A DNA stretch of 43,019 bases, taken from UHGV virus genome UHGV-0172637; one strand, given 5' to 3'. The position numbers and the translations under genes are program-made. Shown here piece after piece: positions 26,413 to 35,313 of the stretch (the first letter of the stretch is position 1; each line of letters opens with the position of its first letter). The notes under the pieces are model-generated. The model saw only the letters and a program-made list of their open reading frames with translations, searched no databases and was not told the DNA's origin. The stretch comes from a virus.

Positions 26413-26680
26413 TCCCTTTGACAGACTTGTCAGCCGCATGGATGCGGTCACGGTAAACAAAATGGGCAAGCCAGCGACCATCAACGGGGAGCCCATGATT
26501 GTTATTCCGGCTGAGTTTCTGGAAGAAATGGGGCCTTTAAGCGGAACAGGACGGTCGCTGGTGGTGTTTACCGCTGGCTACCAGCCACGCCGTAATGATG
26601 TGGTGATTTTTGAGGGGGAGGAATTCCATCTTACCCGTCACGAACGCTTTAACGGCAAACCGCGCATCTTTATCGAGTAA
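26405..26680 (+). CDS. Putative head-tail joining / head completion protein
   Basis: 91 aa; position between head and tail modules. Confidence 0.4.
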   Translation: MLNPFDRLVSRMDAVTVNKMGKPATINGEPMIVIPAEFLEEMGPLSGTGRSLVVFTAGYQPRRNDVVIFEGEEFHLTRHERFNGKPRIFIE

Positions 26681-26692
26681 ACAGGGGGGGAT

Positions 26693-27247
26693 ATGTCGAT
26701 TAAGGGGCTGGAGCAGGCCATTGCTAATCTGAACAGCATCAGTAAAAGAGCTGTACCGCGCGCTTCCGCCCAGACGGTGAATCGTATCGCCACACAGGCG
26801 GTCAATCGCAGTGTGTCCACTGTCGCGAAATCAACCCGAGTTCCCCGAAAACTGGTCAGGCAGCGTGCACGGATACGTCGGGCGACGGTGGCGAAGCCAC
26901 GCGCTCTGATTCGCATAAACCGCGGTAATCTTCCCGCTATCAAACTGGGACCATCCAGTATGCGTCTGTCCCGGCGTAAACGGGATAAGTCTGGTACGAA
27001 CAGTGAGCTACGTGTAGGGCGTTTCCGTTTCCCCGGGGCCTTTATTCAGCAACTGGCAAACGGCCGCTGGCATGTTTTGCGGCGTACCACGAAGAGCAGG
27101 TATCCCATTGAAGTGATCAGTATTCCCCTTGCCGTTCCGCTCACCGAGACATTCCGGGCTGAAGTACCAAAACTAATGGACGAACGTATGCCGCAAATTA
27201 TGCGACAGAACCTGTCTAACCAACTGAGGCTGATCCTTAAACGATGA
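26693..27247 (+). CDS. Minor tail protein Z-like (head-tail connector)
   Basis: 184 aa, basic; directly precedes gpU homolog as in lambda Z-U order. Confidence 0.5.
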   Translation: MSIKGLEQAIANLNSISKRAVPRASAQTVNRIATQAVNRSVSTVAKSTRVPRKLVRQRARIRRATVAKPRALIRINRGNLPAIKLGPSSMRLSRRKRDKSGTNSELRVGRFRFPGAFIQQLANGRWHVLRRTTKSRYPIEVISIPLAVPLTETFRAEVPKLMDERMPQIMRQNLSNQLRLILKR

Positions 27248-27642
27248 AAAACAGTGATATCCGCAAAGCCGTACTAACCGCGCTCCGGCGCAATATCTCA
27301 GATGCGGTGACATGGTTCGATGGTCGCCCGGGGTTTCTGGATGAGCAGGATCTTCCGGCGGTTGCTGTTTACCTTTCTGACGCCCGAGCCTCGGATGAAA
27401 GTGTTGATGAAGATATGTGGACAGCCGTGCTGCATGTTGAGGTGTTTCTAAAAGCCACGGCTACAGACAGTGCTCTGGATTCCTGGATGGAGGACCGCAT
27501 CTATCCGGCAATGGCTGATGTTCCCGAACTGGCAAATCTTCTCGAATTGATGGCGGCTCAGGGGTATGACTATCAACGCGATGAAGAGGCCATGACGTGG
27601 GGATCTGCCGACCTCAGTTATTCCATCAGCTACATTATGTGA
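27244..27642 (+). CDS. U: Tail terminator protein U
   Basis: Near-collinear similarity to lambda gpU as recalled (FDGRPGFLDEQDLPAVAVYL ... SADLSYSISYIM). Confidence 0.9.
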   Translation: MKNSDIRKAVLTALRRNISDAVTWFDGRPGFLDEQDLPAVAVYLSDARASDESVDEDMWTAVLHVEVFLKATATDSALDSWMEDRIYPAMADVPELANLLELMAAQGYDYQRDEEAMTWGSADLSYSISYIM

Positions 27643-27649
27643 GGACGTA

Positions 27650-28387
27650 ATGACTACACCAAACCCACTGGCGCCGGTAAAGGGTGCCACCACAACGCTC
27701 TGGATTTATTCCGGATCGGGCAACCCGTTCGCTAACCCATTATCGGATGTTGACTGGACGCGCCTGGCAAAGATTAAAGATCTGCAGCCCGGTGAACTGA
27801 CTGCCGAATCAAACGATGATACCTATCTGGATGACGATGATGCCGACTGGACTGCTACCGCGCAGGGGCAGAAATCGGCGGGTGAGGCCAGTTTTACGCT
27901 GGCCTGGAAACCTGCTGAGAGCGGGCAGCAGGATCTGGTTCGCTGGTTTGATGACGGTACCGTGCTGGCGTACAAAATCAAATACCCGAATGGCGCCATC
28001 GATGTGTTCCGTGGCTGGGTAAGTAGCCTGGGCAAAACGGTGACGGCAAAAGACACCATTACCCGTTCTGTCAAAATCAGCAATAACGGTAAGCCAGGCC
28101 TTGCTGAAGACAGTGCTGCTGCAGCGATTGCCGTAGCCGGCGTCAGCCTGGATAAATCGACCACCACCGTTGCGGTTGCTGCCACCACCACGCTGAATGT
28201 CACCGTGGCACCAGCCAGCGCGAGTGATCAATCTTTCCGGGCCACCACCACGGATGCAGGTAAAGCCACGGTGACTGTCGTCGGTACGGTGCTGACGGTC
28301 ACCGGTATTGCCGCCGGAACCGCTGACATTATCGTGATGACCAACGACGGGCTGTTTGTTGCGACCTGTAAAGTCACCGTTTCCTGA
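27650..28387 (+). CDS. V: Major tail protein V with C-terminal Ig-like domain
   Basis: Strong similarity to lambda gpV (PVKGATTTLWIYSGSGNPFANPLSDVDWTRLAKIKDL...FRGWVSS). Confidence 0.9.
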   Translation: MTTPNPLAPVKGATTTLWIYSGSGNPFANPLSDVDWTRLAKIKDLQPGELTAESNDDTYLDDDDADWTATAQGQKSAGEASFTLAWKPAESGQQDLVRWFDDGTVLAYKIKYPNGAIDVFRGWVSSLGKTVTAKDTITRSVKISNNGKPGLAEDSAAAAIAVAGVSLDKSTTTVAVAATTTLNVTVAPASASDQSFRATTTDAGKATVTVVGTVLTVTGIAAGTADIIVMTNDGLFVATCKVTVS

Positions 28388-28423
28388 CCTCCGGGGCTGT
28401 GGCCCCGCTTTCTGGAGTAACCC

Positions 28424-28831
28424 ATGTTTTTAAAAAGTGAACCGTTCGAACGTAACGGTAATACAGTCACGCTCTACGAACTGTCGGCACTGCAGCGTAT
28501 TGAGCATCTTGAACACCTGAAGGCGCTGGAAAGTATCACTGATGCCGACATGCAGGCGGCGATGGATATGACGATAAAATCCGGCGCACTGCTGGTGGCC
28601 ATGTCGTTATGGCATGGCCACCCCCTGAAAGGGACGCACAAAACGCCGAAAGAAGACGTAGAGCAGATCCAGAATGAAGTGCTGATGACCTGGCCGCTGG
28701 AGATTGTTTCCGCAGCAGAGCACAGCGTGAAGCTGCTGTCAGGCATGGTGCCTTTGCAGGAAGCGAATGATCCGGAGGATGTCACTGTGACTGAGCCAGT
28801 CAGTCTGGAAAAGTCCTCGCCAGTGAGCTGA
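28424..28831 (+). CDS. G: Tail assembly chaperone G
   Basis: MFLKSEPFERNGNTVTLYELSALQRIEHLEHLK closely resembles lambda gpG N-terminus. Confidence 0.9.
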   Translation: MFLKSEPFERNGNTVTLYELSALQRIEHLEHLKALESITDADMQAAMDMTIKSGALLVAMSLWHGHPLKGTHKTPKEDVEQIQNEVLMTWPLEIVSAAEHSVKLLSGMVPLQEANDPEDVTVTEPVSLEKSSPVS

Positions 28832-29160
28832 CATTCGTCCTGAAACTGGCGCGTGAATTTCGTCGCCCGGACTGGCGCGCCATGCTTGCTGGTATGTCGT
28901 CAACGGAATACGCCGACTGGCGAACGTTCTACCAGGACAATTTTTTTAATGATGTGCAACTGGATGCGCATTTTTCCTCGCTGATGCATATCGTCATTAC
29001 CGCGCTTGACCCCAAAACCACATCAACCCCTGCCAGCTTCAGCCTGCTTTCACCTTCTGCGGAGGATATTGCCGATGATGAACCCGGTGACGCAGTGCTG
29101 ATGGCAAAGGCCGAGGGCATTTCAGGAGGCGTTCGCTATGGCCCAGACGGCAGTGGGTGA
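28424..29160 (+). CDS. T: Tail assembly chaperone G-T fusion made by programmed -1 ribosomal frameshift near 28807-28813
   Basis: -1 frame is open from 28795 and encodes LKLAREFRRPDWRAMLAGMSSTEYADW, matching lambda gpT; A-rich slip site G-GAA-AAG just before G stop. Confidence 0.75.
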
Positions 29161-31654
29161 CCTGGTCGTTAACCTTGACGTTAATTCGTCAAAGTTCAAC
29201 GAGCAGATGGAGTATGTAAAACGGCAGTTTAAGCAGACGGGTGACGCAGCGAATGACCCAGCGCTGAAGGTCCAGCAGTCATTTACCCGTCAGGAGAGCG
29301 CCGCGAAGAAGGCCGGTATTTCTGTAGGCCAGTACAACGCGGCGATGCGTATGTTGCCTGCGCAATTTACGGATATCGCCACCCAGTTGGCTGGTGGGCA
29401 GAGTCCGTGGCTTATCCTGCTGCAGCAGGGCGGTCAGGTGAAAGACTCCTTCGGCGGTATTATACCGACCTTTCGGGCGCTGCTGGGCACCATATCGCCA
29501 GTGATGGTGGGGGTTGGCGCGCTGGCTGCCGCCACTGGCGCGGTGGTTTACGCCTGGTATCAGGGCTCGTCCACGCTGTCTGATTTCAATAAAACGCTGG
29601 TTCTGTCCGGTAATACTGCCGGGCTGACCTCAAACCGCATGCTGGTGCTGGCGAAATCCGGCGAGCAGGCGGGACTCACGTTTAGCCAGACCAGCAGTGC
29701 GCTGACGGAGCTGGTTAACGCCGGAGTGCGTGCCGGTGCCCGGTTCGATGAGATGAGTCAGGCGGTAGCGAAATTCACCGATGCGTCGGGTGTGCCGGTC
29801 GATAAGGTGGCAGCGGCATTCGGCAAACTGACGAACGATCCGACCTCAGGCCTTATTGCCATGGCGCAGCAGTTCCATAACGTCACAGCGGAACAGATTG
29901 CTTATGTGGCGCAACTGCAGCGTGCTGGTGATGAAGCGGGGGCGCTACAGGCAGCTAATGATGCGGCGACGAACGGTTTTCGTGAGCAGACAAAGAGCCT
30001 GCGCGACAATATGGGGTCGATTGAGTCGGCCGCCGACAGCCTTAAGCGTGCCTTTAAATCGATGTGGGATGCGGCGCTCGATATCGGGCGGCCTGACACC
30101 ACGCAGGAGATGGTTGCCAAAGCGGAAGCGGCCTTTAAGCGGGCGGATGAAATCTGGAATCTGCGCAAAGGTGATGGTTATGTCAATGATGATGCGCGCG
30201 CCAGCTACTGGAACGATCGGGAATCTGCACGCCTTGCACTGGAAATGGCGCAGCAGCAGGCCAGTGTGGCAAAGGCAACTGAAGATAACGCTGCCCGCGA
30301 GGCGGTGATTGAATCTGATCGCCAGAAGTATGCCGCGCAGGCGCAGTCGAATTATGCAAAGACGCAGACTGCGCTGGAGAAGTACACGGCCCGTCAGAAT
30401 GAACTGAACAAGGCGCTGAAAGACGGACGGATCCTGCAGGCTGACTACAACATCAATCTGGAAGCTGCGAAAAAAGAATACGACGACTCGCTGAAGAAAC
30501 CCAAAGCCCCTTCAGCGGTAAAAACTCCTGCAGGTGTAAAAAGTGTCGATACTGCCAGCGCGCAGACGCTGGAGCTGGAGGCGCAGTTACGCACTCTGCA
30601 GGAGCATAAGAGCATCACGGATACCATCAGCCAGCAGCGGCAGGAATTGTGGAAACAACAATCCCGCTTTTCAGTGCTGGAAGAGGCCGCCAAAAAGCGC
30701 GCGCTGACCGCCGATGAAAAATCGGTGCTGGCGAACAAAGACGAGGTACTGGCGCGGGCCGAAGTGAATGCCCGGCTGGGCGATCAGATTGTTGCCCAGG
30801 GGCGGTTAAACCGCCTGCAGGACAGCTCGCAGAAGTACGTTACCCAGATTGGGGAGAAAACCCGAGCGCTTGTGGCCGGGGGCAGCATGAGCAGTCGCGG
30901 CGCGCAGCGGCAAAACGAAGAGGCACAGCTGCGGCAGGGCTGGATGAATGCCGGCGGTACGGACACCGATCAGGGTTATCAGAACGAACTGGATGCACTG
31001 AAGAAATATTATGCCGCGCAGGACGAGCTACGTGGCAACTGGCAGGCCGGGGCGAAATCAGCGTGGGCTGACTATGCCGATTCAGCAGCTGATGCCTATG
31101 GTTCGATGAAGTCCGCTGCTTCAGCCACATTCGATGGTATTAGCCAGAATATGGCCGATATGCTGACGACAGGGAAAGCAAACTGGGCAGATTTCACCCG
31201 TTCCACGTTGTCGATGCTGACGCAGATCCTGATGAAGCAGGCTATGGCAGGCCTGGTCAGTTCTGCCACGTCAGCGCTGGGTTTTGCTGGCGGTGGTTAT
31301 ACCGGGTCCGGCGGCAAGTATGAGCCTGCGGGTGTGGTGCACCGTGGAGAGTTTGTCTTTACGCAGGAAGCCACCAACCGAATCGGTGTCGGCAACCTTT
31401 ATCGCATGATGCGCGGCTATGCGACTGGTGGTCTGGTCGGGGGGAGTGGCGATGGCGTTGCTTCTCCTTTTGGTGTCAGCGTGTATGCACCGGTTTCGGT
31501 TACAACAGGCCAGGGGGATTCCGGTCAGCAGAAAGGAAACGGCGATGCGCTGGGGAAAGCCTATCAGCAGGTGATCAACAGTTCCATCAGGGAAGGTATC
31601 ACCCGAGAGGTCCGACCCGGAGGCATCATCTGGAATGCAACAAAACAGAGGTAA
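29138..31654 (+). CDS. H: Tail tape measure protein H
   Basis: 838 aa; long stretches nearly identical to lambda gpH as recalled (ISVGQYNAAMRMLPAQFTDIATQLAGGQSPWLILLQQGGQVKDSFGG...). Confidence 0.92.
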   Translation: MAQTAVGDLVVNLDVNSSKFNEQMEYVKRQFKQTGDAANDPALKVQQSFTRQESAAKKAGISVGQYNAAMRMLPAQFTDIATQLAGGQSPWLILLQQGGQVKDSFGGIIPTFRALLGTISPVMVGVGALAAATGAVVYAWYQGSSTLSDFNKTLVLSGNTAGLTSNRMLVLAKSGEQAGLTFSQTSSALTELVNAGVRAGARFDEMSQAVAKFTDASGVPVDKVAAAFGKLTNDPTSGLIAMAQQFHNVTAEQIAYVAQLQRAGDEAGALQAANDAATNGFREQTKSLRDNMGSIESAADSLKRAFKSMWDAALDIGRPDTTQEMVAKAEAAFKRADEIWNLRKGDGYVNDDARASYWNDRESARLALEMAQQQASVAKATEDNAAREAVIESDRQKYAAQAQSNYAKTQTALEKYTARQNELNKALKDGRILQADYNINLEAAKKEYDDSLKKPKAPSAVKTPAGVKSVDTASAQTLELEAQLRTLQEHKSITDTISQQRQELWKQQSRFSVLEEAAKKRALTADEKSVLANKDEVLARAEVNARLGDQIVAQGRLNRLQDSSQKYVTQIGEKTRALVAGGSMSSRGAQRQNEEAQLRQGWMNAGGTDTDQGYQNELDALKKYYAAQDELRGNWQAGAKSAWADYADSAADAYGSMKSAASATFDGISQNMADMLTTGKANWADFTRSTLSMLTQILMKQAMAGLVSSATSALGFAGGGYTGSGGKYEPAGVVHRGEFVFTQEATNRIGVGNLYRMMRGYATGGLVGGSGDGVASPFGVSVYAPVSVTTGQGDSGQQKGNGDALGKAYQQVINSSIREGITREVRPGGIIWNATKQR

Positions 31655-31657
31655 GCA

Positions 31658-32005
31658 ATGGCGATCGAGCATTTTGCGTGGCGGATTAAAGCATCCAGCC
31701 AGCCGACCCTGAAAAGTAAGGATAACATCCGTACGGCGCAGTTTGGTGATGGCTATAAGCAGGTGTCAGGTGCCGGGCTGAATGATGAAACACTCAGCTA
31801 TGAGTTCTCGTTTACCGGCGAACCGGGAACCGTCAAGGATATCTATGTTTTCCTGCGGCGCCATAAGACGAAATCATTTTCGTTTACCCCGCCTGGCGGT
31901 GATCTTGCGCTGTGGCGCGTTGAGGCAGACAGCCTGCAGCGCGTCACCAAAAGTAAAACGGTGGAAACCGTATCAGCCACCTTTGAACAGGCGTTTGCAC
32001 CATGA
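31658..32005 (+). CDS. M: Minor tail protein M
   Basis: 115 aa; FGDGY motif and position as lambda gpM. Confidence 0.85.
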   Translation: MAIEHFAWRIKASSQPTLKSKDNIRTAQFGDGYKQVSGAGLNDETLSYEFSFTGEPGTVKDIYVFLRRHKTKSFSFTPPGGDLALWRVEADSLQRVTKSKTVETVSATFEQAFAP

Positions 32006-32757
32006 GCTTAAACAGTGATTATCAGAAACTTGAGCCGGGCAATGTTGTCCGGCTTTTTGATGTCGATGGCACCGCATTTGGTGTTTCCGACGTTCTCCGC
32101 TTCCACGCCCACAATATTGCCCACACTGCCGATGAAATCGTCGCTGCTGGTGGAGATGAAAATAAGCTACCGGCGAAATCGATCTGGTGGCAGGGACAGG
32201 AATATAAAGCCTGGCCCTGCCAGATAGAGGGTATTGAGACGGCGACCGACGGGACTAGCGCGCAGCCAACGCTCTCGGTCGCTAACCTGGATAGTTCCAT
32301 TACGGCGCTGTGTCTTGTTTATGATGACCTGCTGCAGGCGAAGGTCACCATTCATGACACGCTGGCGCAGTATCTGGATGCGGAAAACTATCCGGAGGGT
32401 AACCCGTCGGCGGATCCTCAGCAGGAAAAGCTGAAGGTGTTTTACATAGACGCCAAGAGCACTGAAACCAACGAAGTGGTGGCGTTTACGTTGTCCAGCC
32501 CGATGGACCTGCAGGGGCTGATGATTCCGACACGCCAGCTACATTCGCTTTGTACCTGGTGTATCCGTAACAAATACCGCTCCGGAGATGGATGCGACTA
32601 TGCCGGGACGCGCTATTTCGACAAGCACAACAACCCGGTTAACGATCCGTCGCTCGATAAATGCCCCGGTACGCTCACTGCGTGCAAGTTGCGACATGGC
32701 GAGGGGAACGAGTTGCCGTTCGGTGGTTTTCCGGGCACATCCCTGATCAGGAGCTGA
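32002..32757 (+). CDS. L: Minor tail protein L
   Basis: 251 aa; C-terminal Cys cluster (CTWC...C...C) as in lambda gpL. Confidence 0.85.
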   Translation: MSLNSDYQKLEPGNVVRLFDVDGTAFGVSDVLRFHAHNIAHTADEIVAAGGDENKLPAKSIWWQGQEYKAWPCQIEGIETATDGTSAQPTLSVANLDSSITALCLVYDDLLQAKVTIHDTLAQYLDAENYPEGNPSADPQQEKLKVFYIDAKSTETNEVVAFTLSSPMDLQGLMIPTRQLHSLCTWCIRNKYRSGDGCDYAGTRYFDKHNNPVNDPSLDKCPGTLTACKLRHGEGNELPFGGFPGTSLIRS

Positions 32758-32758
32758 T

Positions 32759-33469
32759 ATGCGTCAGAAAATTATCGACGCCATTATGGCGCATGCTGCC
32801 GCTGAATATCCGCGGGAGAGCTGCGGTGTGGTGGTACAAAAAAGCAGGGTGCAGCGATACATACCCTGCCGCAATCTGGCAACCGATCCGACAGAGCATT
32901 TCCACCTGTCACCGGAGGATTACGCCGCTGCTGAAGACTGGGGTACGGTGATTGCCATTGTCCACAGTCACCCGGATGCCACGACGCAGCCAAGCGAACT
33001 GGATAAAGCGCAATGCGATGCAACGCTCTTACCCTGGCACATCGTGAGTTGGCCGGAGGGTGATCTGCGTACCATCCAGCCGCGGGGAGAGCTGCCGCTA
33101 CTGGAGCGCCCGTTTGTGCTCGGTCACTTCGATTGCTGGGGGCTGGTGATGAGTTACTTCAGGCAGACGCATGGTATTGAACTGAAGGATTACCGCGTCG
33201 ATTATCCCTGGTGGGAAGACAGTTACCCCGAAAACTTCTACCACGATTGCTGGTATGAATGCGGCTTCCGTGAATTCAGCGGCGCACCGCAGCCAGGTGA
33301 TATGGTTATCATGCAGGTCCAGTCCAACAAGTGGAACCATGCCGGTATCCTGTTAGAAGGTAACATGCTACTGCATCACCTTTACGGGCATCTTAGCCAG
33401 CGCGTTCCTTATGGTGGCTACTGGCAGGAACGAACAATGAAGGTTCTACGGCATGAGGCTCTGTGTTAA
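32759..33469 (+). CDS. K: Tail assembly protein K (JAB/MPN + NlpC/P60-like)
   Basis: HSHP JAB-type motif (IAIVHSHPDA) and Cys/His peptidase-like C-terminal half; lambda K position. Confidence 0.85.
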   Translation: MRQKIIDAIMAHAAAEYPRESCGVVVQKSRVQRYIPCRNLATDPTEHFHLSPEDYAAAEDWGTVIAIVHSHPDATTQPSELDKAQCDATLLPWHIVSWPEGDLRTIQPRGELPLLERPFVLGHFDCWGLVMSYFRQTHGIELKDYRVDYPWWEDSYPENFYHDCWYECGFREFSGAPQPGDMVIMQVQSNKWNHAGILLEGNMLLHHLYGHLSQRVPYGGYWQERTMKVLRHEALC

Positions 33470-33500
33470 CCTTTTACAATATCAAAAAGGGGATAGGGAC

Positions 33501-33836
33501 ATGAAAAGAGCCATATTATTTATTTCTTTATTGGGTTTATTTGGTTGTAGTGCATCTTCCTTGCAGGAAGAATCTCCAATTTATTCAGGGCATTCATTAA
33601 AGAGTGCTTCACAAATTAATAAGTGCTTATCGCCTAAATGGCAGGATCTACATCCACAGGCAACAAGTATAGAAACCGAAGCTGGTTATAGAATATCAGC
33701 ATCTGATGATTTATTTGGTGTTTTATCGATGGCTATAATAGAGGGGAACCCAAATGGTGGGGCTGATGTGAAAGTCTATGCCGCAAGTAAAGGTATTGGT
33801 GATCCATGGGGTAAAGCTGCGCGTTCCTGTATTTAA
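33501..33836 (+). CDS. Small lipoprotein, accessory gene inserted between tail genes K and I
   Basis: 111 aa; signal peptide with lipobox LFGC (MKRAILFISLLGLFGCSAS); visibly AT-rich; own terminator downstream. Confidence 0.65.
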   Translation: MKRAILFISLLGLFGCSASSLQEESPIYSGHSLKSASQINKCLSPKWQDLHPQATSIETEAGYRISASDDLFGVLSMAIIEGNPNGGADVKVYAASKGIGDPWGKAARSCI

Positions 33837-33854
33837 GTCGATTCTAATCTTCAA

Positions 33855-33877
33855 AGCCACTTTATGTGGCTTTTTTA
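33855..33877 (+). terminator. Rho-independent terminator after lipoprotein gene
   Basis: AGCCAC-TTTAT-GTGGCT stem-loop followed by TTTTTT. Confidence 0.7.
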
Positions 33878-33888
33878 TTGGAGTTAAC

Positions 33889-34491
33889 ATGCAAGAAGTA
33901 ATGACCAGGATTGAACTTGGTGGGGTTTTAGGTAAATCATTTGGCCGCTCTCATAACAGATTAATAAGAACAACGGCCGAAGCCATTAACGCTTTATCAA
34001 AAACAATAAATGGATTTGAACAGTATTTAAATACCAGCAAAATGCGAGGGCTTACGTATGCAGTATTTAAAGGTAAAAAAAATCTTGGGAAAGATGATTT
34101 AGGTTTTCCCGTTACAGGTGAAGTGATACGAATCGTTCCTATCGTGATTGGGAGTAAAAAAGCAGGTTTACTTCAAACAATCTTAGGGGGCGTACTGGTG
34201 GTAATTGGTGCGTTGGGGGCAACAATAGGCCAGGCATGGGGTGGTGCCGCATGGGGGCCAGCTGCAATGAAAATTGGTGCGGCAATGGCGCTTGGCGGTG
34301 TTATACAAATGCTCTCACCGCAACCATCCGGCATAGCCAGCAAGCAAAGTGCAGATAACCGGGCTTCGTATGCGTTCGGAGGCGTAACTAATACAGCTGC
34401 GCAGGGGTATCCAGTTCCTCTTTTATACGGTCAGCGACGTATTGGTGGCGCTATCATATCGGCAGGTATTTATGTTGAAGATCAGCAATAA
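33889..34491 (+). CDS. I: Tail assembly protein I
   Basis: Start at ATG 33889 after the terminator (track start 33778 runs through the hairpin); Gly/Ala-rich hydrophobic C-terminal half as in lambda gpI. Confidence 0.8.
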   Translation: MQEVMTRIELGGVLGKSFGRSHNRLIRTTAEAINALSKTINGFEQYLNTSKMRGLTYAVFKGKKNLGKDDLGFPVTGEVIRIVPIVIGSKKAGLLQTILGGVLVVIGALGATIGQAWGGAAWGPAAMKIGAAMALGGVIQMLSPQPSGIASKQSADNRASYAFGGVTNTAAQGYPVPLLYGQRRIGGAIISAGIYVEDQQ

Positions 34492-34545
34492 CCATGTTGT
34501 AATTACGCTATAGGTAATAAGCCTAATATCAAGGTGATAGGGTAT

Positions 34546-35262
34546 ATGAAGAAATTATATGTTTTGTTACTCAGTACAGTTTTGATTTCTGGGATGAGTC
34601 ACGCCGAAAATGGTTATATTCCTGTATTATATAATCTATCAACTATGTTCGATTTTAATCCTGTTAAAGGACCAGTGAAATCACTTAGTACTATAGTGGA
34701 GAGTAATGGCAAGGTTACTTATAAAGTATTATTAAAGCTAAATAAAAAAGGTTGTATTGAAAGCCTGAGCTTGGATAATATTTCAAATGGCTTTAAAACA
34801 GAACTTAATAATGATGGGGTAAATCTTGTAGGCAAGAGAGGTGAAAACCCGTACTTTGTTGGTCTAACGGAAGATTGTAATATTCTTTCTCAGAATGATA
34901 ATGGTGAGAAAAATACATTCTCTCTCACAGCAAGTGGAATGATTAAAGATACTTATTATTTAGGCCAAAAAATAGCAACGCATTTTTATGATGATAATGA
35001 TAATTTAATACGCTCTGAGTTTTATGGCTCAGATAAAATTTTGTCCAGTAATGAAGTTATTTATTTAGATAAAAATACTAAACCTCTTGACTACAAGATT
35101 ATAAACGAAAGTAGCTATGCACAAGGATATACTGCTACAACAACTTGTAAATACAACGCGAAACTTGTTCCAGAGTTATGTAATCTGATAATACAGAATG
35201 CAGGGAATCCGCTTCCTAAACCGACAGTAATTACAGCACATACAAGCGTGGAATTTTATTAA
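34546..35262 (+). CDS. Secreted hypothetical protein, AT-rich accessory gene between tail genes I and J
   Basis: 238 aa; Sec signal peptide MKKLYVLLLSTVLISGMSHA; Asn/Lys/Tyr-rich; ends in aromatic residue; own terminator. Confidence 0.65.
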   Translation: MKKLYVLLLSTVLISGMSHAENGYIPVLYNLSTMFDFNPVKGPVKSLSTIVESNGKVTYKVLLKLNKKGCIESLSLDNISNGFKTELNNDGVNLVGKRGENPYFVGLTEDCNILSQNDNGEKNTFSLTASGMIKDTYYLGQKIATHFYDDNDNLIRSEFYGSDKILSSNEVIYLDKNTKPLDYKIINESSYAQGYTATTTCKYNAKLVPELCNLIIQNAGNPLPKPTVITAHTSVEFY

Positions 35263-35281
35263 ATATCCACCTTCATATATA

Positions 35282-35304
35282 CCGCCTACGGGCGGTTTTT
35301 TTAT
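35282..35304 (+). terminator. Rho-independent terminator after secreted accessory gene
   Basis: CCGCC-TAC-GGGCGG stem-loop followed by TTTTTTT. Confidence 0.75.
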
Positions 35305-35313
35305 GGGCGCGAA

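Noticed and set aside
29856-30308. 150-aa alternative-frame ORF within the tape measure gene
   Set aside because: Arg/Trp/Met-rich product in the +1 frame of a gene whose main frame matches lambda gpH; frame artefact.
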